A stretch of DNA of 32,000 nt from assembly GCF_000956175.1 (NCBI RefSeq), contig NZ_CP011070.1, positions 1,078,147 through 1,110,146 on the forward strand. The letters are read 5' to 3'. Made by a program: the position numbers and the translations under genes. The notes below the pieces were generated by a model. It ran no database searches. It was not told where the DNA came from and saw only the letters and a list, made by a program, of their open reading frames with translations. Positions 15,610 to 23,147 of the stretch are shown piece after piece (position 1 is the first letter of the stretch; each line of letters starts with the position of its first letter). The DNA is from Nitrosopumilus adriaticus (lineage in GTDB: Archaea; Thermoproteota; Nitrososphaeria; Nitrososphaerales; Nitrosopumilaceae).

Positions 15610-16780
15610 ATATCAAATAGTAAGAAATAGACAGATTTTTTGAGATATTCCCAAAGATCTGAGAATTATTAATGACTGATTTTAGAGACAATGCCTTGCC
15701 ACATTTCCAACAATTATTTTGTTCAGGATTATTTTGCATCTCACAGATACTACATTTTATTGGCGAACCTCTACTTTCTGCCCTTGATAATCCATAATAT
15801 TTTGTCATTGCATTATCGACATCTTTGTGAGTGAGATGAACATATCTTCCAGGGACTTTGGAATATGAACTCCATCCATGTCTGTCTCTCATTTGCGCAT
15901 CTGTCAAATAATTTGCAGCATCAGTTGCAGCTGAATGTCTAAACAAATTCAAATTAATTGGTTTTTTCAGTTTTGCAATCCTTGCTCTTCTTTTTATCAT
16001 GGCGTTAGCTGCTGCATGAGTCATAGAATCTCCAAAATTTCTCTTACTTGTTTTAATCCAAAGTGGTGCATCATAATTGTCTCTTAATGGATGAACGTTA
16101 AGCCAAGATGACAATGAGGGTCCAGACTTTATTAGACGAACAATCCTCGTCCCAGTCTTTCCACTTACTTGGATTAGTGCGCCAAGATTATCAAAGTGTA
16201 CATGATGAATCTGCAAATTAAGAATCTCTGCAGGTCTGGTTCCTGCTTCTAAATGACAGTCAATGAATGCTCTGTCACGTAAATTCCCATTACATGCATC
16301 AAGTAGTTTCAGTCTATCTTTTTGTGAAATCAGGTCTTTTCTTGCAAGTTTGTTGAATACTAGATGAGTTCTAATCTGTTTTGTTTCAGGTGGGTCACCA
16401 ACTTCGATGTAACTTCGGGACCCGAGTTTGAACCATCTAAAAAATATCCGTAACATCTTTTTATGATCATACGAATAAAATGTCTCTTTGCCTAGTTTGT
16501 CACAGAATTTTTTTGAAATCTGCAATGCAATTTTTCGAATGTCTGATTTTGTGGCATCTTTCCAGTCTTTTTTGAGCATTTTGCTAAGGGTCAGAATTGT
16601 TTGTAGTTGTTTGACTTGGGTGGCTTTAGCAAGGGATTGAATAATCATCTCTTGGTGATATTTGCTAATGAGTTTTTGATTATTTTGAGATAATTCTTTT
16701 TTGATTTTGTTTTGTATTCTTTTGATTTGAGTGTTGTAATAGTGTGATACTTGGTCTTGCGCTAGTTCATATTTTTGCAA
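15608..16780 (-). CDS. int: tyrosine recombinase/integrase with a C-terminal zinc ribbon
   Basis: 390 aa. Catalytic pattern: AGTRPAEIL (Arg), GKTGTR hairpin (Lys), LFRHSAAT (Arg-His), RHGWSS, and the nucleophile Tyr in PGRYVHL. The C-terminus has CSICEMQ...CWKCGK. The gene appears intact. The track start is TTG, so the true start is uncertain. Confidence 0.85.
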   Translation of the reverse strand: MQKYELAQDQVSHYYNTQIKRIQNKIKKELSQNNQKLISKYHQEMIIQSLAKATQVKQLQTILTLSKMLKKDWKDATKSDIRKIALQISKKFCDKLGKETFYSYDHKKMLRIFFRWFKLGSRSYIEVGDPPETKQIRTHLVFNKLARKDLISQKDRLKLLDACNGNLRDRAFIDCHLEAGTRPAEILNLQIHHVHFDNLGALIQVSGKTGTRIVRLIKSGPSLSSWLNVHPLRDNYDAPLWIKTSKRNFGDSMTHAAANAMIKRRARIAKLKKPINLNLFRHSAATDAANYLTDAQMRDRHGWSSYSKVPGRYVHLTHKDVDNAMTKYYGLSRAESRGSPIKCSICEMQNNPEQNNCWKCGKALSLKSVINNSQIFGNISKNLSISYYLI

Positions 16781-16844
16781 TGAGGGAATTATTGTTTTTG
16801 GGATTAATAAGAAGGATGTTCGGTGCCGCCCCTTTTTCTAGTAT

Positions 16845-16867
16845 ACTGTCATAATTTTATTCGTAAA
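16845..16867 (+). repeat. direct repeat copy 2 (ACTGTCATAATTTTATTCGTAAA), right of the tRNA-integrase pair
   Basis: 22/23 identical to 15372..15394. It runs directly into the casposon-like terminus. Confidence 0.7.
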
Positions 16868-16881
16868 CGGGGGGCTCTGCC
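16861..16881. repeat. casposon-like right terminus of the Cas1-less element (TCGTAAACGGGGGGCTCTGCC)
   Basis: GTAAACGGGGGGC (13 nt) is identical to the casposon right TIR at 29979..29991. Both G6 cores are followed by 6-7 nt and then the same T5-ACTCTTTATCAATAAA repeat. I noticed G6/C6 runs elsewhere only in the casposon TIRs (16912..16917, 29985..29990) and as a C7 run at ~12069 inside the NERD gene. Confidence 0.65.
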
Positions 16882-16902
16882 TTTTTACTCTTTATCAATA
16901 AA
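16882..16902 (+). repeat. target-site-derived direct repeat, middle copy (TTTTTACTCTTTATCAATAAA)
   Basis: 21/21 identical to 29998..30018, which is the stop codon plus last five codons (FIDKE*) of aEF-2 on the minus strand. The true duplication is 13-21 bp, depending on how the flanking A/T runs are assigned. Confidence 0.9.
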
Positions 16903-16949
16903 AATAGAATGCCCCCCGTTTACTCGTAAATTTAGACGGTAGACTAGGA
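16903..16949 (+). repeat. casposon left terminal inverted repeat
   Basis: AATAGAATGCCCCCCGTTTACTCGTAAATTTAGACG is the exact reverse complement of 29964..29999 (39 nt if the ambiguous A run from 16900 is included). It continues to 16949 with two mismatches (16939, 16942). Confidence 0.95.
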
Positions 16950-17061
16950 TTATGACGAGAGTTCGTTGGAAAGTCTTTAAGATTAAGTATGATTATGTGA
17001 AATTTGGTGAAAACATATTAGAGATATTCTAAAAAATAATTTAACTTTAGTTGTTGCAATA

Positions 17062-17727
17062 TTGACTTTCTTTGCTTCAATGATGATGTTAGCAACTGCC
17101 TTAGAAACTAGTGATACCACAACACAAATGCTTGCAGAAATCGGGAGATTGGTAGAAAATAACAATAAACAACTTGAAGTTTTAGAAGATACTGGAGATA
17201 CCATAGAACACCAAAGCATTCTAAGTGAATACAATTCTTCAGGTCCATTTCAAGTAATAATTTCAAGATGTAATGATAGTGAAAAATGGGACGCGGATGG
17301 AAATTATTTAGGTATGTTTTATAGCTTTAAACCAACTGTGATTACAAAAGATGGAAATGAATCCACAGTACCATTTAGAATATTTGCAGATTTAGAATTC
17401 AGAGACAAAGAAAACAAAAGAGATGGAGTGGCAAGAAATGACTTTGCGGAAATAGGACTACCATCTTATGTATATAATATTGAAAAATCAGGAGGAGATA
17501 TAGAAGTTAATATTCAATCCATTTTAGATTATGCTAAAGAATCCGGATTTGAGTATGTGCATGTTGATTTTGAGTATGATTTTCAGCCTATATCCCCTGT
17601 AAAAGATAATGCAGGATTTGGTCAACAACAAGATGGGAAGCCATTTCCAATGGTATTGTTCAAATTACATGATAATGGAAAATGGCATGTTGAAGACTTT
17701 GAAGAACAGTATCCTTGTAGAAGTTGA
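17062..17727 (+). CDS. hypothetical secreted/membrane-anchored protein
   Basis: 221 aa with a hydrophobic N-terminus (MTFFASMMMLATALE) and no other motif. Preferred over the overlapping antisense ORF 16983..17234. Confidence 0.45.
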   Translation: MTFFASMMMLATALETSDTTTQMLAEIGRLVENNNKQLEVLEDTGDTIEHQSILSEYNSSGPFQVIISRCNDSEKWDADGNYLGMFYSFKPTVITKDGNESTVPFRIFADLEFRDKENKRDGVARNDFAEIGLPSYVYNIEKSGGDIEVNIQSILDYAKESGFEYVHVDFEYDFQPISPVKDNAGFGQQQDGKPFPMVLFKLHDNGKWHVEDFEEQYPCRS

Positions 17728-17754
17728 TTGATTCAGAAACTCATTTAATGAAAT

Positions 17755-17955
17755 TCAAGAATTTTTTGGTTTGATTGTAACCATTTTATCTGAACCTTTA
17801 CACAATTGATTTCCTTTGTGATGTTTGTGGATTTTGATTTTGTACGTTTTCCATTCTTCAGATCCTAAATCATCTTCGTATGTATGATTAATCGTTTTGA
17901 CCTTATGGCCATGTTTCCATTGTTGACACCATGCACAGAAGACTTTTTCATTCAT
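17755..17955 (-). CDS. small zinc-ribbon-like protein (single copy of the module duplicated in 13453..13896)
   Basis: 66 aa. CAWCQQW...IKIHKHHKGNQLCKGS has the same CxxC...HHK...C-x-G/S-S/G pattern. Confidence 0.5.
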   Translation of the reverse strand: MNEKVFCAWCQQWKHGHKVKTINHTYEDDLGSEEWKTYKIKIHKHHKGNQLCKGSDKMVTIKPKNS

Positions 17956-18162
17956 TTTGTAATGTCCTACTTTACTCTGCCAATTAATCTAAACACTGCC
18001 TTTTCTGAATGTAGAATTTGTTCTAGCAATTTTAATTTGTTCTTCTGAAAGATTTTCCCCATTGGTGTATTCTTCCATCAAATTCCCAGGATCATCTTAT
18101 TGTGCTGATTTTATTTTCTAGATCATTAATAAAATGAATATTTACAGATAATTCTATAGCAG

Positions 18163-18909
18163 TCATGATTTTGAATAATTTTGATTCCATTTTTTTGTCT
18201 GAGTTTTAAAAAATTCAATTGCCTTTTTGTTTTTGATTTTACCTTTTCTATACCACATTACATCTTCTGACATATTATAAGCACAATTTATGAAATGCCA
18301 TGTCGTATCCCATAATGTTTCAAAATAATCCGCATTTTTTCTAATTTTATGAGGGGTTTGAAGAGTGTGTACTAGAGTATTTCTCAATGAAAAGATCTCT
18401 TGAAATTTATCCCAATTATCAATAAGATGGATTTCACTTTCAGGAACTATATTGTTTTTTATTCCAAACCTTATCCAATCATGTAATGTATCAAAAAAAT
18501 TCAAACCCAATAGATTGGAAAATACTTTGTTTATTTCAGAAGAATTTTGAAAGTTAAAGTTTGCAGCTATAATTTTTCCCTTGGTAAAATCTTTCTTTTG
18601 AATTTCTTTAAAATATTTTATCGGAATAGGAATTTCAGAACCCTGAAACAATCGTTCAACATTTAGATCATAATCATCTACTAACCAAGCAATATTATTT
18701 TGTAGATATGATTCAACTATAGTCACCAATCTTATAATGATGTATTTTTTAAGTTGTTTTGAGATTTTTACATTTCGTTTATCTAATTCACGTATTACAT
18801 CTCGTAATTCATTATCCATTACATTTGATAATGTGGAATTTGGAATGAGTTTATCAAAATTTTTAATTTTATGAATATCTAACATTGGGTGTTTTCTAAG
18901 TTTTGTCAA
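18163..18909 (-). CDS. hypothetical protein with a HEPN-like R-x4-H motif (tentative)
   Basis: 248 aa. FSLRNTLVHTLQ fits the HEPN Rx4-6H signature within a helical context. It starts 5 nt downstream of 18915..19595 on the same strand. Confidence 0.4.
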   Translation of the reverse strand: MTKLRKHPMLDIHKIKNFDKLIPNSTLSNVMDNELRDVIRELDKRNVKISKQLKKYIIIRLVTIVESYLQNNIAWLVDDYDLNVERLFQGSEIPIPIKYFKEIQKKDFTKGKIIAANFNFQNSSEINKVFSNLLGLNFFDTLHDWIRFGIKNNIVPESEIHLIDNWDKFQEIFSLRNTLVHTLQTPHKIRKNADYFETLWDTTWHFINCAYNMSEDVMWYRKGKIKNKKAIEFFKTQTKKWNQNYSKS

Positions 18910-18914
18910 ATTGA

Positions 18915-19595
18915 TTATCCCTCAATTGGTTCTAACGGTTTTAAGTCCATTGAAGTCAAGCCTTTATCTATCATTTCCTTAATACCTCCAAAATGTTTAG
19001 TTAATGTCTCATCATTATAAAATGAAACAATTCCATTTAGGGAGAGAATTGCTTGGTCAGTAAGAGAGGACGAATATTGATTTGTAACATTTTGGATTTC
19101 CTTTAACCATGTATCTACCTGTTTTCGTTCATCTGCGATTCTTTTGTCATGATCAGATAGGCGTTCAGACTCGGGTGTAAGTAATAATTTTCTCAAGTCA
19201 TACATTGAAGAATATGCTAAGACACATGGGATGTGCATTGCATCCTGAGCTGCAAATTTCTTCTGAATTTTGTCATGTTCTTCTTTTTGCAAATACTTTT
19301 GTTGATAATCCTCAATTTTTTTCACCTCTTCAAGAATTTCAGTAATCCTATCTTGTTGCTCTTGTGATTTTTCTCTTTTACCTCCTTCATAGATTAAGAT
19401 AGCAGATGCAATAGCAAGGCCTATTCCTATTTCTACTACCAGGGTTGCCCAGTTTGCCACATCCCAACCATCTTTGACTGGAATTTGTAAAGAAAAAGAC
19501 AACACAGTCAAAGAAACTCCAATCCCGACTGCTATTCCAATGAATACCCATGAAATTTTTGCAGTAATTGGGTCCCTTTCCCTATTTTTCTTCAA
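18915..19595 (-). CDS. membrane protein with two N-terminal TM helices and a C-terminal coiled-coil/helical domain
   Basis: 226 aa. TM segments are ISWVFIGIAVGIGVSLTVLSF and ATLVVEIGIGLAIASAILIY, followed by a charged heptad-like region (EQQDRITEILEEVKKIEDYQQKYLQKEEHDKIQKKF). Confidence 0.55.
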   Translation of the reverse strand: MKKNRERDPITAKISWVFIGIAVGIGVSLTVLSFSLQIPVKDGWDVANWATLVVEIGIGLAIASAILIYEGGKREKSQEQQDRITEILEEVKKIEDYQQKYLQKEEHDKIQKKFAAQDAMHIPCVLAYSSMYDLRKLLLTPESERLSDHDKRIADERKQVDTWLKEIQNVTNQYSSSLTDQAILSLNGIVSFYNDETLTKHFGGIKEMIDKGLTSMDLKPLEPIEG

Positions 19596-19653
19596 TTTCT
19601 AATAATTTTACAAAATAACTAGTAATTATGATATTCGTACAATGTTATAATCT

Positions 19654-19850
19654 GTAACAAATAGCTACAAAAGCTAATTGTAGCTATTTGTAGCTCTTTT
19701 GTTACGAATGAAACGTTGTTTCAAACAGCTACAATTCATGCGTAATTAGCTACAAAAGCTGTTTTTAGCTATTTGTAGTGCGTGACAATCCAAAAACAGA
19801 GATATTTTATTACAGAATCAAATTAGTTACAAAAACTAATTGTAGCTAAA
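19654..19850. repeat. iteron-like array of the TAGCTACAA / TTGTAGCTA motif in both orientations
   Basis: Forward copies at 19662, 19727 (AGCTACAA), 19747 and 19824 (variant TAGTTACAA). Reverse copies at 19678, 19688 and 19840. TAGCTATTTGTAG lies at 19766. The hairpin-capable unit TAGCTACAA-N7-TTGTAGCTA (19662..19686) recurs at 19824..19848 with two mismatches. The outer inverted repeat is GTAACAAA (19654) / TTTGTTAC (19698). Confidence 0.8.
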
Positions 19851-19914
19851 TGTTCTGTTTTGAAACAAAATTAAGTAATTTTGGAATGAAATAACATAAA
19901 ATCATCTAATTTTA

Positions 19915-20068
19915 TAATTGTAAAATTTACAATCTGCTATTATTGATAGAATTTGTTTACGTCAAAAACTTACGTAAATCTTTACGCAGTAAAGTTGTAA
20001 ACTTTTTCAAATCAGTAAAATTTACAATATTTTACTAACAAATTTACACATTATTTACTAGTAAATAC
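19915..20068. repeat. dense TTTAC/GTAAA motif array, including a perfect 14-nt direct repeat GTAAAATTTACAAT
   Basis: GTAAAATTTACAAT at 19920..19933 and 20015..20028. There are more than 10 further TTTAC or GTAAA pentamers (GTTTACGTC, CTTACGTAAATCTTTACGCAGTAAAG, TTGTAAAC, TTTTACTAAC, AATTTACAC, TTATTTACTAGTAAATAC). The same pentamers occur in the casposon TIR (CGTTTACTCGTAAAT). Confidence 0.7.
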
Positions 20069-21853
20069 TCAAATTTGCTCTTTAGTAAAATGATTTAAAG
20101 AAATTGGCATGGAATTATTGTATTGTTTTTGATTAATATCATTAATTTTTCCTAACCATAATCTCTTTCTGTCTGCATTGAGATTTACTTTTTTTGTTAT
20201 AGTCATAATTTTCCCGATATCTTTGATATTATTTTGAATAATCCCCGAACGTAGTCTTGTGTTTCTTTTAATGGCAATTTTATAGAATAGTTTATCATCC
20301 TTCTCAAATGTTTCCAAGTGTTCGATCTCTTTAGAACCTAGTTTACCAAACCCTCTTTGTTTCCAAACACCATTGAATCGATAAAAACCATTTTGTAGGT
20401 AAAATGTATCATTTGCAGCTCCATCAAATGAAAATTCTCCTAGTTTCTTTGAATTAATGTTTAGTTTCTTTGTAACACAGATAGAATCCGTTGCAAATGC
20501 TATGGTTTGTTTCTCTAGATTGTTCTCTGTAATGAATCGGTATAGTTGTGCTCTAGTATGCCCTGTAATTGATGCAAAAATTACAGGATTGAATAAATTT
20601 CCGATTATTCTGTTTACTTTTTGCCCAGTTTTACCATAAATAGAATTGAGAATTATTTTGAATGGTTTTTCTAAAGGATTATTTTCATTTTTGAGTTTGA
20701 TGCGTTTTTCATAGAGGGATTCTATGAATTTGCAGTATGGTTTTATGGTGTTGTTAGGCACAAATTGATATCCTTCAAGAATCCTGTACTGAGAGTCATC
20801 TCTACAGGCTTGAAGTTCTGCTAACGTACAATATGTGATAAATTTCCCTGAAGGGAATAAAATATTCTGATTAGCCCTAAATGCAAAAGGTGGAATTATT
20901 TCATCATCTGGAATATCTGCTAAAATCTTGAAGAATCCTAGTTTGGCTTTTTCATGAATTGATTTTCTTTTTACCCATTTACCATTATCAAGATCAGGTA
21001 GTTGGGATATTGCATATGGATATGCAGAATTGATATCGTAAAGGTAAGATTTACCGACAAATCCTCGTTTTATCATCTCAAATCTTCCTCCAAAATAACT
21101 TCGAAAAGCTAAATCTTGAATAGAGTAAGGAATAGAGTCAAACTTTGGAAAGAATACATCATTATTGATTAGAACTTTTTCTGCTAGATATCCTGAACTT
21201 GGCCACTTTGCAGGATAAAATGAAAATGCATTATGGAATAAGGATATCCAATGTTCCGCCAGTTTCTTAGTTAGGATGCAATCTTGAATACAATAATTTC
21301 TAATTTTCTTCTTGTTATGACTGTAAAACCATTTAGAGAATTCTGCACGTTTTGTTTTTAGTGATAAATACTCTTCAGGTAAAGATTCTATATTTTCTTC
21401 ATATGCAGCAGCTAATGATTTACCAAAAAACTGAGCAATATCAAAAAACAATACACTATGATGTCCTTTTTTAATTCGAAGTAATTTTGATGGGATGTAT
21501 TCTAGTTTGAAATCATTCCAGTGAAATTCTAGTTTTCTACTCAAATTGTATCTGAACAGTTCTTGATCAAGAAGTTTGAGAATTACTTCAGCATCATATG
21601 CTAAATTGTAAAAGAAATTCCAAGTATTTTGATATTTTTTGGAGAATAGAAATTGTATTACCGATTCAGGAGTAATATTATCAAGAAATAATCCATCAGA
21701 ATCAGCAATCAGAAAAATATCTCCATGACGTGTTTCAGTATCTAATGCATTGATTTTCCGCAATTTTGAGTATGCAGAATTACGATTTTGAGGCCTTTTT
21801 GTGCGTAATCGGCCCAAATCTTTGTAATCTGTTACGGGGATGGATTCTGCCAT
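20069..21853 (-). CDS. polB: protein-primed-type family B DNA polymerase (pPolB), copy 2 (casposon)
   Basis: 594 aa. Exo I ALDTET, Exo II FYNLAYDAEV, Exo III YCIQDCIL, motif A YDINSAYPY, motif B LNSIYGKTGQ, motif C FATDSI. Long identical blocks are shared with 4887..6665 (TWNFFYNL, KKGHHS, FFDIAQF, YFGGRFEM, IGNLFNP). Confidence 0.9.
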   Translation of the reverse strand: MAESIPVTDYKDLGRLRTKRPQNRNSAYSKLRKINALDTETRHGDIFLIADSDGLFLDNITPESVIQFLFSKKYQNTWNFFYNLAYDAEVILKLLDQELFRYNLSRKLEFHWNDFKLEYIPSKLLRIKKGHHSVLFFDIAQFFGKSLAAAYEENIESLPEEYLSLKTKRAEFSKWFYSHNKKKIRNYCIQDCILTKKLAEHWISLFHNAFSFYPAKWPSSGYLAEKVLINNDVFFPKFDSIPYSIQDLAFRSYFGGRFEMIKRGFVGKSYLYDINSAYPYAISQLPDLDNGKWVKRKSIHEKAKLGFFKILADIPDDEIIPPFAFRANQNILFPSGKFITYCTLAELQACRDDSQYRILEGYQFVPNNTIKPYCKFIESLYEKRIKLKNENNPLEKPFKIILNSIYGKTGQKVNRIIGNLFNPVIFASITGHTRAQLYRFITENNLEKQTIAFATDSICVTKKLNINSKKLGEFSFDGAANDTFYLQNGFYRFNGVWKQRGFGKLGSKEIEHLETFEKDDKLFYKIAIKRNTRLRSGIIQNNIKDIGKIMTITKKVNLNADRKRLWLGKINDINQKQYNNSMPISLNHFTKEQI

Positions 21854-22155
21854 ATCACATCCGGTATTGATACTGATTTTCCTTTACGTCTCTGAGATAG
21901 TTCTGAGCGAATTTGTTTGTAGGATAAATTGGGAAAGTTATTTCTAATTTGTCTAATATAGTTGTGATATCGTCGGAGTTTTCCTGCTCTAGATTTGTTT
22001 TTGTTTTGTTTTTTCTTTTCTTTTTGTGGAATGTCTAATTTTTTTAGTTTAGATTTGATTTGTTTACGTAATTCTTTGACATGTTTATTGTTTGGAAATA
22101 ACTTTAATGCTTCTAGTTGTTGCAGTAACTTTTGTTTATCTTTCATAGTAATCAC
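21832..22155 (-). CDS. small, very basic protein overlapping the pPolB start (homologue of 4564..4908)
   Basis: 107 aa with KLLQQLEALKLFPNN, NFPNL and SIPDVIWQNPSP. It overlaps the pPolB ATG by 22 nt. Confidence 0.7.
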   Translation of the reverse strand: MITMKDKQKLLQQLEALKLFPNNKHVKELRKQIKSKLKKLDIPQKEKKKQNKNKSRAGKLRRYHNYIRQIRNNFPNLSYKQIRSELSQRRKGKSVSIPDVIWQNPSP

Positions 22156-22170
22156 AAAAAAAGAAAAGAG

Positions 22171-22500
22171 TTAGAAGACTAACTCAAATCTTCTAATTGG
22201 TCTTTGATTCTTTGATAGACCTAACCATGTCTTTAAGACAAATTCTTTACCCGGAGTAATTAATTTGTCAGTAATTCCTCGCCTCCAAAGTCTCAGGAGG
22301 GATTCATTTACTGAATCATGGGATTTCAAAGGAAGGATTACTTCATTCCATTCCTTGTCACTTTTTTGTAAAACTACGACATTTGTTGAAAAATCAGTGT
22401 CAAAGGTATCTAGTTCTTTTACCTTAAACTCTACAATGTCTGGTTTTGTTTTTTCATTGGATCTGAATGATCCATATTTTATGTAAGGGATTTCATCCAT
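22171..22500 (-). CDS. conserved pPolB-module protein (homologue of 4215..4544)
   Basis: 109 aa, with LPLKSHDSVNESLLRLW and RPIRRFELVF at the C-terminus. Confidence 0.7.
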   Translation of the reverse strand: MDEIPYIKYGSFRSNEKTKPDIVEFKVKELDTFDTDFSTNVVVLQKSDKEWNEVILPLKSHDSVNESLLRLWRRGITDKLITPGKEFVLKTWLGLSKNQRPIRRFELVF

Positions 22501-22559
22501 GATTAATGTATCATGTTAGAGTTGACATATTCCACCAACATTTTACTAGTCAAAATTAG

Positions 22560-23144
22560 GTGGTAAAGATTAGAATAAACATCAAAAAAGAAATCGTGAA
22601 AATAATTCATGAAAACGAGGGTATTGGCACAAATGAAAGTTTCACTTTATTTAAAAAAACTCATGGAAAGATACTATCCAATCCCACATATCTCAAAAAA
22701 ATTAGAGAGTTAAAAGAAGATAAAAAAATATACGAAATTAAAGATACCAAAGGTCACAAAATAAAACTTGTATCTTTAGCAAGAAAAAAGCAAATTGATG
22801 TTATTTTTAGAGACTATAATCGAGAGTTTAAAAATTTCAAATCTAGACTTGACATATATGATAAATTAAAGCCAAACCTCTTAGATGAACAAAAGATCTG
22901 TCTATTCGCTAATTTCTATACATGTTATTGGATAATGGTGTGGAAATTAAACGAAATTCCTGATTTTTTGGAAAAACCAGCCATAAAACAACTAAAACAA
23001 GATATGAAAGACTTTGAACCTGAATTATTCGTCTATTTTCTAGAAGCTGGAGATTACACTAGAATTACAAGATTAGGTGAAGACGAATTAACTGATCAGT
23101 ATTTTGAAACAATTAAAAAAATCGATCAGATTCTCTTAAAGTAA
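22560..23144 (+). CDS. hypothetical protein, possible wHTH regulator
   Basis: 194 aa with GTG start. It is divergent from the pPolB operon, positionally equivalent to 3321..3881. There is only weak sequence resemblance. Confidence 0.4.
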   Translation: MVKIRINIKKEIVKIIHENEGIGTNESFTLFKKTHGKILSNPTYLKKIRELKEDKKIYEIKDTKGHKIKLVSLARKKQIDVIFRDYNREFKNFKSRLDIYDKLKPNLLDEQKICLFANFYTCYWIMVWKLNEIPDFLEKPAIKQLKQDMKDFEPELFVYFLEAGDYTRITRLGEDELTDQYFETIKKIDQILLK

Positions 23145-23147
23145 ATC

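Larger units (their letters stand above)
2491..16881. mobile_element. Cas1-less pPolB element in tandem with the casposon. The right end is casposon-like; the left end is not resolved (placed provisionally in the 2412..2719 intergenic region).
   Basis: The pPolB module 4215..6665 is homologous and syntenic to casposon genes 20069..22500. TCGTAAACGGGGGGCTCTGCC (16861..16881) resembles the casposon right terminus and abuts the same target-derived repeat. The element carries accessory/defence cargo and a tyrosine integrase. No clean left TIR or third repeat copy was found. Confidence 0.45.

Noticed and set aside
15600-15620. GCCTTTTTTTATATCAAATAG downstream of the tRNA resembles GCCTTTTTACTCTTTATCAATAAAAATAG at the casposon junction
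   Set aside because: It needs several indels. The T run is more simply the tRNA terminator, and the remainder is the 3' end of the integrase ORF.
16818-16832. GTTCGGTGCCGCCCC as a remnant of the tRNA 3' end (GTTCGAAACCCACCCC), i.e. an attR for the integrase
   Set aside because: About 11 of 16 positions match, with an indel. att sites are normally exact repeats, so this is not convincing.
16983-17234. Minus-strand ORF overlapping the start of 17062..17727 and reaching toward the left TIR
   Set aside because: It is shorter than the overlapping plus-strand ORF and its translation is Ser/Val/Leu-rich and low complexity. I cannot fully exclude it.
17971-17987. Internal target-like string TTTACTCTGCCAATTAA inside the casposon
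   Set aside because: It has an 8-nt exact core only, and no adjacent TIR-like sequence. It is likely chance.
19654-20068. Could the repeat arrays be a degenerate CRISPR array next to a Cas1 element?
   Set aside because: The units are 8-14 nt, occur in both orientations and have irregular spacing. There are no 25-40 nt repeats alternating with unique spacers. This is not CRISPR-like.
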